Below, one piece after another: positions 1-8,168 of a DNA stretch of 64,000 nucleotides. This stretch comes from an uncultured Candidatus Micrarchaeota archaeon. GTDB taxonomy: Archaea > Micrarchaeota > Micrarchaeia > Micrarchaeales > Micrarchaeaceae. Positions within the stretch are counted from its first letter, which is position 1, and every line of letters begins with the position of its first letter. The position numbers and the translations under genes are program-made. The stretch lies in contig CAVUGN010000002.1 of assembly GCA_963741095.1 (NCBI GenBank), positions 128,001-192,000 on the forward strand, given 5' to 3'. The notes under the pieces are model-generated. The model ran no database searches. It was given only the letters and a program-made list of their open reading frames with translations, and was not told the origin of the DNA.

Positions 1-1272
1 CGGCAGGATCGATGTCCTGAGCATTGTCGTGACCTCGGTCTTCGCGTAGGCCACGCTGACAACAGATTCCGGATTGGACTTCCGCGCGACGCTGTCGAAG
101 TTCAGCCTCTCGCTTGTAAGGTAGGTGTTCATGGCCTCGGAGAAGCCGAGCCCCACCATGAGCCGCGATGTGCTGTTGAAATACTCCTGGTAGTCTTCTG
201 GCACGCCTGTCGAGAAGCCTCCGACCGGCAGCGGCTGGATCTTGCCATAGCCGTACGCGATCGCGATGTCCTCTATCACATCCTGCTCGTTGAGCACGTC
301 GAGCCTGTAGGGCGGCACGTCGATCAGTATGTAATTCCCGTATTTCACCGCGGTGTTGCCCATCCTGTTGGCAAGGCCTATCATCATGCCGTCATCTATC
401 ATCGCGCCTATGGTCTTGTCCACCGAGAACTTCCTGATGCGGAACTCCTTGTAAGACAGTTGGGGGGTGAGCATGATCCTGTTCTTGTACACTATCTCGC
501 ACGGCAGCACCTCGGCTCCGGCGTCGATGAAGGAGCAGGCAATCATGCCCAGCGCATCCACGACCGCGTTTATGGAAGTTCCGGTCAATTCGACCAGCAG
601 ATTCCTTGTGCTGCCCATGACCCTTGTCAGATTGGAGTTTGTTATCGGTATCAGCGAGAGCACGTCCTTCGAATCGGACAGGAACGGATAGAGCGCCTTC
701 GGGTTGTTTGCCGTGACGATGTCGCCGTATTCGACGCCCTTGCCGTGGTTCTTTATGACCTCCTCGAACGTCATCTTCCTGCTGTCCCCGAGCGGGACGA
801 ACTCCCCTTTGTGCGCCGCGTCGTAGACCAGCGGGCCCTTGATGACATCAAGATTGTGGAGGCCTATGGCAAGCTTCCTCCTCCTCCTGCCGTAAGTGTC
901 GCAGAGCTTCTCGGTGAAATTTATCAGGTACTTCAGCTTGTCGCCGCTCAGGTCCGCGTTCCTGACCACCATCGCCGCTATGTACGGCCTCAGGGACTTG
1001 ACCGCCTTCCCCACGGTTACCCGCATTGCGGGCTCTTTGCCTATGCTGTAAACATTCTCTTTTGGAGTGCTCCTTTCGGAGAAGGACATGAGTGCCCTCC
1101 TGAACCCGACAATGTCGAGCAGGTCGGGCCTGTTGGGCGTTATGTCCATCGTCACCTCCCCGTCCTTGATGTCCTCCACCTCCATTCCCAAAGATTCCAC
1201 TAGCTTTGTCAGCCTGTCCGCATCGGCGCCAAAATCGCCGAGGTCCTTCATCGAATAGGTTATCGTAGCCAT
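1..1272 (-). CDS. pheT: Phenylalanine--tRNA ligase beta subunit (partial, runs off window start)
   Basis: Manual minus-strand translation from ATG at 1272 gives MATITYSMKDLGDF...DITPNRPDLLD, later IGLHNLDVI and VPPYRLDVLNEQDVIEDIAIAYGY (B5 motif). It lies directly downstream of pheS and is not in the ORF track because it is open-ended. Confidence 0.95.
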   Translation of the reverse strand, partial: MATITYSMKDLGDFGADADRLTKLVESLGMEVEDIKDGEVTMDITPNRPDLLDIVGFRRALMSFSERSTPKENVYSIGKEPAMRVTVGKAVKSLRPYIAAMVVRNADLSGDKLKYLINFTEKLCDTYGRRRRKLAIGLHNLDVIKGPLVYDAAHKGEFVPLGDSRKMTFEEVIKNHGKGVEYGDIVTANNPKALYPFLSDSKDVLSLIPITNSNLTRVMGSTRNLLVELTGTSINAVVDALGMIACSFIDAGAEVLPCEIVYKNRIMLTPQLSYKEFRIRKFSVDKTIGAMIDDGMMIGLANRMGNTAVKYGNYILIDVPPYRLDVLNEQDVIEDIAIAYGYGKIQPLPVGGFSTGVPEDYQEYFNSTSRLMVGLGFSEAMNTYLTSERLNFDSVARKSNPESVVSVAYAKTEVTTMLRTSILP

Positions 1273-1279
1273 GCGAACA

Positions 1280-2752
1280 CTATATCTCAATCTTGGGCCT
1301 GCTCCTCAGCCACCCAATGTCATTCCTGTAGATGTCCGTTATCGATTCGACGCCGGAAAAGTTCATGAGCAGCCTTTCCAGGCCCGCGCCCCACGCCAGC
1401 ACCGTCTTGCTCGTGCCCATCGCCTTCGTTATCTCCTTCCTTATTATGCCAGCGCCGCAGAGCTCCATCGTGTTCTTGCGCTTTTCATCATAGCGATAGA
1501 TCTCCAGGCCCGGCTCCACGAATGGGAAATAGGCTGGTTTTACCCGTATGTCGTCAAAGCCGAACTGCGAGTAGAAGCGCTTCAGCGTGTCTATCAGATT
1601 GGCGAAGGTCAGGTTGTTCCCTATTATTATCCCATCGGTGTGGTAGAACTCGGCCAGGTGCCTGTAGTCTATGCTCTCGTTCCTGTACACCCTGCCCACG
1701 GAAAAGAGCTTTATCGGATAGCTGCTCTCCACCGCATTGGCGAATTTCCTTATGTGCCTTGCCGATACGCTGGTGGTGTGCGTCCTCAGCAGCGCCTGTT
1801 TTGCGAGATCCTCCCGCCATTCCTCCTTCCATCCCCCCTCATGGGCCTTCTTGACCCTGCCCAGCATCTCAACGTCCTCTATGTCGATCTGCTTGGGGTT
1901 CGAAAGGAAGAAGGTGTCCTGCATGTCCCTGGTCGGATGGTCCTGCGGCGAGAAGAGGGCGTCAAAGACCCAGAAGGCGCTCTCGACTATCGGCCCCTCC
2001 ATCTCAGAGAAGCCCATGTTAAGCCACGCGCTCCTCACAATGTCTATGAACTCGTGCATCATGTGCTGCCTGGCCGGATAGAACGTCTCAGAACTTGCGT
2101 TAACATCATACTTTTTGAATTCCTTCCCGACCCAGCTCCTGCTGAGTATCATCTCCCTTGTCAGCTCGCCCATGCCCCCTTCGGGTTTTGTGCCGCTGAG
2201 CTTTATGCCGATATCAGTGATCTCTATGCTGCTTATCCTCTCGCGCTCCTTGACGCGCAACAATCCTCTCTTCACGAGCGTGTCCGCATCCGCCTTGTTC
2301 TTCTCCAGCAACGGTCCGACCTTCCCTTCGTCCGCTTTCGCTATGCTCTCCAGCAACTTCCTCTGCGGGTATTCCGTGCCGCCCGCAGCCACACTCTCTC
2401 CAGTTTTGGTGAGCTTTGCATAGCCCTCGCGCATCTCTATCCAATTGTTCTTCTTTGCCCACAGGAGCGCTACGTTGTCCTTTATGTCGCCAATCCTTTC
2501 ACGGCCCTTCTTGCCGATTGATTTCGCCAGCGCCTCTTCCGGGAACGATTCCAGATACTCCTTGCCCTCGTTGACGATGTCGACCTGGTAGGTCCTGACC
2601 TTCGATACCTTGACCGCTCCGCTCTTCGACAGCCCGTCAAGGGCCCACAGGGTCGCATCGGCGTCCAGGCCGAGATCCTCCTCGACCTCCTCAAGGCTGG
2701 ATATTCTCTTCTCCTTGAGCAGTTTCAATATCCTGGTCTCATGCTCGTGCAA
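1280..2752 (-). CDS. pheS: Phenylalanine--tRNA ligase alpha subunit (archaeal type with N-terminal wHTH)
   Basis: FDALFSPQDHPTRDMQDTFF, LLRTHTT, GRVYRNESIDYRHLAEF, YFPFVEP, AWGAGLERL. Confidence 0.97.
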   Translation of the reverse strand: MHEHETRILKLLKEKRISSLEEVEEDLGLDADATLWALDGLSKSGAVKVSKVRTYQVDIVNEGKEYLESFPEEALAKSIGKKGRERIGDIKDNVALLWAKKNNWIEMREGYAKLTKTGESVAAGGTEYPQRKLLESIAKADEGKVGPLLEKNKADADTLVKRGLLRVKERERISSIEITDIGIKLSGTKPEGGMGELTREMILSRSWVGKEFKKYDVNASSETFYPARQHMMHEFIDIVRSAWLNMGFSEMEGPIVESAFWVFDALFSPQDHPTRDMQDTFFLSNPKQIDIEDVEMLGRVKKAHEGGWKEEWREDLAKQALLRTHTTSVSARHIRKFANAVESSYPIKLFSVGRVYRNESIDYRHLAEFYHTDGIIIGNNLTFANLIDTLKRFYSQFGFDDIRVKPAYFPFVEPGLEIYRYDEKRKNTMELCGAGIIRKEITKAMGTSKTVLAWGAGLERLLMNFSGVESITDIYRNDIGWLRSRPKIEI

Positions 2753-2761
2753 CGCAGCACC

Positions 2762-3526
2762 CTATTTTCCCGCCTTCAGGTACGTGTAAAGGATGAACGC
2801 CACTATGGCCGCGGCTATTATCACATACACAAATATGCCAAGCGTTTTGTATATCCCAAGGAAGAAGTTCGTGACCTCCGTCTGTACGCCCTCGGTCATC
2901 ACGAACGCCAGCGTGAACTTCGACAGCGGCTCCCCGGAAGACCACGACATGCTGGTCGTGTTCGCGTAGTTGTTGGTGAACGCGGAAGTCGGGTAATCCG
3001 GAAGCGGGTACACGGTCTTCACGACTGCTCCGCCAGGCAGGTTTATCGTCAGGGTCGTGTTGCGGTTCAGGAACTCGCCGTTGGATCCGTGCTGAAAATT
3101 GAAGACCTTGGGCTGCAGCGTGTACAGGAAGGTTCTCGGAGCCGTCTGGTTGACCGTTGTCACGTTGCCTATGGTGTAGCTGAGGAGCACGTAGGCGATG
3201 TTCTGGTTGTTCATGTTCACAACCGGTCCGGGGAAGAACCTGAAATTGTATATTCCGCCGTTCGGGTTTATTATGTGCTCCACGAGCGATGAGCCTATTA
3301 TGGACTGCCAGTTGCTGAGCGTTAGATTCAGCGCGACCCTGCTGGTCGAGTACTGATTGACGGAATCGTTGCTTATTATGACGGTGAGCATCTCGTTGAC
3401 CTGCGCGCTTGTGTTCCGGTTCAGGTTCATCGTAACGTTGAGATGGCTGACTGTGTAGGTCGCATTTGCAACCGGAAGAAAAAGCGCAGCAAGGGCAAAG
3501 AACAGAAGGATATTCGCTCTCATCAA
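2762..3526 (-). CDS. Secreted/surface protein with signal peptide and C-terminal TM anchor
   Basis: Hydrophobic N-terminal signal (ILLFFALAALFLPVANA), many N-x-S/T sequons, C-terminal TM helix followed by KAGK. Confidence 0.75.
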   Translation of the reverse strand: MMRANILLFFALAALFLPVANATYTVSHLNVTMNLNRNTSAQVNEMLTVIISNDSVNQYSTSRVALNLTLSNWQSIIGSSLVEHIINPNGGIYNFRFFPGPVVNMNNQNIAYVLLSYTIGNVTTVNQTAPRTFLYTLQPKVFNFQHGSNGEFLNRNTTLTINLPGGAVVKTVYPLPDYPTSAFTNNYANTTSMSWSSGEPLSKFTLAFVMTEGVQTEVTNFFLGIYKTLGIFVYVIIAAAIVAFILYTYLKAGK

Positions 3527-3646
3527 AACGCACCATAAATTTGATATACCTATTGATGCGCACCTTTATTAAATAGCTTTTGTCCCTTTTTCCGCCTCCC
3601 AGCAAAGCAGTTAAATATCTTGTAGGAGATAAAAATACGTGATTGA

Positions 3647-4063
3647 ATGATAACAGGATTCAACATCTTAGGCGTAGAGGGACACATCGACTCCTCAAAT
3701 GCACTGCTAAAGCAGAGATTCCCAAGGCTCAACGTGAACCTCGAAAAGGTCGAGATGAGCGGGGACAAGCTGAACGTCGGCTATTCGTTCGATGCGGACT
3801 ACCTTGACGGCGAAGGCAAGGACGCGAAGAAGGTCGGCCACATAAAGCTTTCCGGCACGGTGGAAGTCACTGAATCGAAGGACTCCATCGCGAGCATAAT
3901 GAAGAAATGGAACGACACGCACATGCTCCCGGTCCAGATGGCCGAGGAGATCGTGAACGGCCTGAACTTCAGGTGCGGAGCCACCGGAACGCTGGTTGCA
4001 TACTCGTTGGGGCTGATACCGCCATTGGTAATAAGCACCACAAAGATACAGGAGCAGAAGTGA
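3647..4063 (+). CDS. Conserved hypothetical protein, possible SecB-like fold
   Basis: Good codon use, upstream AT-rich promoter; beta-strand-rich N half, then helix and C-terminal GLIPPL motif. Confidence 0.65.
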   Translation: MITGFNILGVEGHIDSSNALLKQRFPRLNVNLEKVEMSGDKLNVGYSFDADYLDGEGKDAKKVGHIKLSGTVEVTESKDSIASIMKKWNDTHMLPVQMAEEIVNGLNFRCGATGTLVAYSLGLIPPLVISTTKIQEQK

Positions 4064-4107
4064 TGGCGCCTCGCACCTTTTGGTGTGGACCATCCTTTTC
4101 CTTGAAA

Positions 4108-4132
4108 GCAGCCAGTTTCGGCTGCAATTTTT
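4108..4132 (+). terminator. Hairpin GCAGCC-N6-GGCTGC followed by AATTTTT; possible terminator
   Basis: Perfect 6-bp stem 4108-4113/4120-4125 followed by a T-run, downstream of 3647..4063. Confidence 0.35.
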
Positions 4133-4188
4133 AATTCCCTGCCTGACGAGAGGCTGTGTATTAATAATTTCGCAGGCAATAGGCTATC

Positions 4189-6669
4189 ATGAGCCCTTAT
4201 CCTGAACCGCAGGCGAAGGCCGCGGAGACAAAAAGCATTGACGACTCTCGGATAGAAGGCATGCTGATCGACGCCGACTACCTCAACAAGGGAGACGACG
4301 CGTTCATGAGGCTCACGATAAAAGGGAAGGACGGCAAGGCCTACGAAGTCTTCGACACGACCTTCAAGCCCTACTTCTACCTGGTGCCGAACAAGGGAGT
4401 GCTGATAATCGACATAGAGAACATAACCGCCTTTGACAACAACGGAAGAAGCATAAAAGCAACCGGCATTGTCAAGGGAGAACGCATGCTGCTCGGCAAG
4501 ACAGTGACCGTTTACCAGGTCTTCGTCAAGAACCCCTCTCACGTGCCGAAGCTCAGCGCAGCGATGACACAGTACGGCACGCCCTACGAGAACGACATAC
4601 CTTTTGCGAAGCGGTACACGATAGACAGGGATGTCACCCCGTTGACGAACTACTCAATCAACGTCAGGAAGGAGAAGAACATGCTTGTTGTTGACTCTTT
4701 CAGCAACAAATCGGAAGAGCTGTCACTCGATCTCAACGTTCTCTGCTTCGACATAGAGGTCTACAACCCGCTGCAGATGCCAAGGGCCGAGAAGGACCCG
4801 ATAATAATGATAAGCTACTCCTTCGTCAAGAACGGCAAGGTAAATCACGGTGTCATAACCTTCAAGAAGATAGACCAGCCGTTCGTCGAGGTGGCGAAGG
4901 ACGAGATCGACATGATAAAGAGGTTCGTGGCGAAAGTGAACGAGTTCGACATAGACGTGATCGTAGGATACAACTCCGCAAACTTCGACATACGCTACAT
5001 GCTCGAAAGGGCAAAAGTCCTCAAGATGGATTTCGACCTCAGCAGGTTCGAAGGAGACACAAGAATAGAGAAACACGGCTTGATAGACAAGGTGAAGTTT
5101 GGCGGCAGAGTCCACGTTGACATGTACCCTGTCGTCAGGTTCGTAGCCACAGTGGGCACGGCGGAATACATACTGAAGCTCAACAGATATACGTTGAAGG
5201 ACGTCTACGAGGCGATAAGCCCGAACAAGAAGTTCGTGGTCGAAAAGGCTAAGATATACCAGATGTGGGACGGTCCAACAGAAGATCTCGAGGAACTTGC
5301 TACGTACAATCTCAATGACGCAGACGCGCTGCAGAAGGTCTACGACTCGTTCGTAACGATAATGATCGAGCTCTCAAGGATAACGCGCAACGTGCTCAGC
5401 GACGTCTGCGTTTCGACCACAGGCCAGCTTGTGGAATTCATGCTGATGCACAACTCCACGATGTTCAATGAGCTAATACCCAACAAACCGTCAGAACGGG
5501 ATATCCGCTTAAGATCAATGGATCCGATAGAGGGCGCTTACGTCAAGACCCCAGAACCAGGTGTGTACGACAAACTCGTAACATTCGACTTTCGCGGGCT
5601 GTACCCATCGATCATAATCTCCCACAATATAGATCCATCGTCAATAAACATGGAGTGCAAGGACTACTACGAATCGCCCAACGGGATTCGCTTCGACAAG
5701 AATAGGAAGAGCATAACTCCTCTTATTTTGAAATACCTTATCGACCAGAGGGCAGCAGTAAAGAAGGCTTACAAGAAGGATCCGGACAACATTTTCCTCG
5801 GCTCCAGGTCGCAGGCGTTCAAAATACTTTCCAATTCGTTCTACGGCTATCTTGGCTATGCGAGATCAAGATGGTACTCAAAAGAATGCGCAGCAAGCGT
5901 TACGGCTTACGGCAGGCAGTACATAAAACAAACCATTGAAAAAGCGGAAAACTCCGGATTTAACGTGATTTACGGCGACACAGATAGTCTCTTTTTGTTA
6001 ATGGGCAACAAGACAAAGGAAGAGGTAATCGCCTTCCTGAAGGAGATAAACACCGCGTTGCCGAACGAGATGGAACTTGAACTTGAGGACTTCTATACGC
6101 GCGGCGTTTTTGTGGGGAAGAGGACTGCGACCGGGCTCAAAGGCACAAAGAAAAAGTATGCACTCATATCTGAAACAGGAAAGGTAAAGATACGCGGCTT
6201 TGAGCTCGTCAGAAGGGACTGGTCAAGGATAGCGAGGGACACGCAGCGCAAGGTTCTCGAGATAATACTAAAGGAAGGAAAGCCGCAGAAGGCTGCAGAT
6301 GTGGTAAGGGGGGTCATAAACGACCTAAAAGAGGGCAAGGTTCCACTGAGCGAGCTTGTCATAAGCACGCAGCTCAGGAAAGGTATGGACAGCTACGACA
6401 TTAAGTCCCCGGAGCTCGCAGCGGCCGAAAAGGCGGTTAAGCAGGGCTTCAAGACGAAGGAAGAGGTGGAGCACAGCGTTATCGGCTACATAATAACGAA
6501 GCACGGCACCTCCGTATCAGAGCGCGCTGAATTAGAGGGCATGGCAAAGGATTATGATGCTGATTACTACATAAACAACCAAGTTATACCCGCAACGATG
6601 AGGATACTCAAGGAGCTCAACTTCAACGAGGACGAGCTCAAGAATCTGGGGAGCCAGAAAAAACTTTAG
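4189..6669 (+). CDS. pol: DNA polymerase family B (PolB3 type)
   Basis: Exo motifs FDIE, YNSANFD, YNLND; Pol motifs DFRGLYPSII, KILSNSFYG, YGDTDS; uracil-pocket motifs PYFY and ENDIPF. Confidence 0.97.
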   Translation: MSPYPEPQAKAAETKSIDDSRIEGMLIDADYLNKGDDAFMRLTIKGKDGKAYEVFDTTFKPYFYLVPNKGVLIIDIENITAFDNNGRSIKATGIVKGERMLLGKTVTVYQVFVKNPSHVPKLSAAMTQYGTPYENDIPFAKRYTIDRDVTPLTNYSINVRKEKNMLVVDSFSNKSEELSLDLNVLCFDIEVYNPLQMPRAEKDPIIMISYSFVKNGKVNHGVITFKKIDQPFVEVAKDEIDMIKRFVAKVNEFDIDVIVGYNSANFDIRYMLERAKVLKMDFDLSRFEGDTRIEKHGLIDKVKFGGRVHVDMYPVVRFVATVGTAEYILKLNRYTLKDVYEAISPNKKFVVEKAKIYQMWDGPTEDLEELATYNLNDADALQKVYDSFVTIMIELSRITRNVLSDVCVSTTGQLVEFMLMHNSTMFNELIPNKPSERDIRLRSMDPIEGAYVKTPEPGVYDKLVTFDFRGLYPSIIISHNIDPSSINMECKDYYESPNGIRFDKNRKSITPLILKYLIDQRAAVKKAYKKDPDNIFLGSRSQAFKILSNSFYGYLGYARSRWYSKECAASVTAYGRQYIKQTIEKAENSGFNVIYGDTDSLFLLMGNKTKEEVIAFLKEINTALPNEMELELEDFYTRGVFVGKRTATGLKGTKKKYALISETGKVKIRGFELVRRDWSRIARDTQRKVLEIILKEGKPQKAADVVRGVINDLKEGKVPLSELVISTQLRKGMDSYDIKSPELAAAEKAVKQGFKTKEEVEHSVIGYIITKHGTSVSERAELEGMAKDYDADYYINNQVIPATMRILKELNFNEDELKNLGSQKKL

Positions 6670-6678
6670 TGTGTTTGA

Positions 6679-7578
6679 ATGACGAACGTAGACAAGGAGA
6701 AATTGAGAGGAGTGGGCAAGGTGCTGAGCGAGGCGCTTCTGATGTCAAAGGGCATGGTTAAGCCCGGCGTGAAGCTGATAACCGTCGCCGAAGCCGGAGA
6801 GAAATTCGTCAGGGACAAAGGCTATGGGCTCGCCTTCCCGATGAACATATCAATCAACGAGCAGGCGGCGCACTACACCCCCTGCCTAGACGACGACAAG
6901 GTCTTCACAAGCAACGATCTAGTGAAGCTGGATTTCGGGACAGAGAAGGACGGATATCTGGGAGACTGTGCGGTGACCGTTGACCTGACTGGAAAATACT
7001 CTGGATTGGTCAGCGCCGCGAACGAAGCGATGGCAAAAGCCATATCTGTGGTGAAGGCAGGTGTCAAGGTCAACGAGATAGGTAAAGTCATAGCGGAATC
7101 CATAGAGTCTAAGGGATTCTTCCCGATAAAGAACCTCGGCGGTCACGGCGTGAACGAACACGAATTGCATGCTGAGCCGTTCATACCGAACTACGACAAC
7201 GGCGATGAGACCGAACTGGAAGAGGGTCAGGTCATAGCTCTCGAGCCGTTCGCCACAAACGGAAAAGGGTTTGTTGCGGACAGCGACATTCACGAGATAT
7301 TCAGCTATGTCGACGAAAGCACCACCAGGTCCGCGGATTCGAGGCTGCTTCTCAAGGAGATTGCGGCAAAGTACAAAACTGAACCGTTTGCCGCGAGATG
7401 GCTTTCGAACAAAATAAACTCACGTTTCAGACTCTATGCTGCGATGGGAGAACTGATGCGGGCTGGGGCCATCACGCCACACTCAACCCTTGTTGAGGTC
7501 AGCAACGGAATGGTTTCGCAGTCTGAGGCGCAGTTGATAGTAGAAAAGGACGGCTGCGAGGTACTGGCAAAAGTGTGA
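6679..7578 (+). CDS. map: Methionine aminopeptidase type II
   Basis: AFPMNISINEQAAHYTP, KLDFG, DCAVT, NLGGHG, ALEPFAT. Confidence 0.95.
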   Translation: MTNVDKEKLRGVGKVLSEALLMSKGMVKPGVKLITVAEAGEKFVRDKGYGLAFPMNISINEQAAHYTPCLDDDKVFTSNDLVKLDFGTEKDGYLGDCAVTVDLTGKYSGLVSAANEAMAKAISVVKAGVKVNEIGKVIAESIESKGFFPIKNLGGHGVNEHELHAEPFIPNYDNGDETELEEGQVIALEPFATNGKGFVADSDIHEIFSYVDESTTRSADSRLLLKEIAAKYKTEPFAARWLSNKINSRFRLYAAMGELMRAGAITPHSTLVEVSNGMVSQSEAQLIVEKDGCEVLAKV

Positions 7579-8021
7579 ATCAAATGCAGGCAGGCGCAGG
7601 CAACATTGCAGTAACCGTTGCATTCTTCTGCAATGATGGCAAGGGCAACTTCGTGCTGCACAAACGCAGCGAGGCCTGCCGCGACGAGCGTGGCAAATGG
7701 GATTGCGGCGGCGGCAAGTTGGAATTCGGCGAAGAACCCAAAGATGCTGTCCTGCGTGAGGTCAAAGAAGAGTATGGCGTCGACGGGTCTGTTCAGGAAC
7801 AATTTCCAGCCTACTCTTTAATACGCGAACAAGATGGGGTGAAGACACACTGGCTTGTACTTCCATTCCTGATTAAAATAGACGTCAAAAAGGCAAAGAT
7901 AATGGAACCACATAAAGCGACAGAGATCGGAATATTCAATGTGGACAACCTGCCGCAGCCGCTGCATCCCGGTCTTCAAAAGCTATTGCTGCTGTACAAA
8001 GACAGTTTAAAGAAGACGTAA
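7575..8021 (+). CDS. NUDIX hydrolase
   Basis: Nudix box GGKLEFGEEPKDAVLREVKEEYG. Confidence 0.9.
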   Translation: MNQMQAGAGNIAVTVAFFCNDGKGNFVLHKRSEACRDERGKWDCGGGKLEFGEEPKDAVLREVKEEYGVDGSVQEQFPAYSLIREQDGVKTHWLVLPFLIKIDVKKAKIMEPHKATEIGIFNVDNLPQPLHPGLQKLLLLYKDSLKKT

Positions 8022-8033
8022 CTGCGGAACGCG

Positions 8034-8168
8034 CTACTTCTTGGCGTGCTTGAAATACTCTACCTGCCGCAATCTTTTCTCCGCTTCCTCTCTCGTCTTA
8101 TAAGGTCCGCCCATGTTCTTCCCCTTCTCGGAAAGAACGTGGTATCCATCCTTTCTTTTCACGATCAT
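8034..8168 (-). CDS. Small basic protein, 44 aa (MIVKRKDGYHVLSEKGKNMGGPYKTREEAEKRLRQVEYFKHAKK)
   Basis: Manual translation; the ATG overlaps the RNR stop (TAATG at 8170-8166) and TAG is at 8036-8034; below the ORF track cutoff. Confidence 0.75.
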   Translation of the reverse strand: MIVKRKDGYHVLSEKGKNMGGPYKTREEAEKRLRQVEYFKHAKK

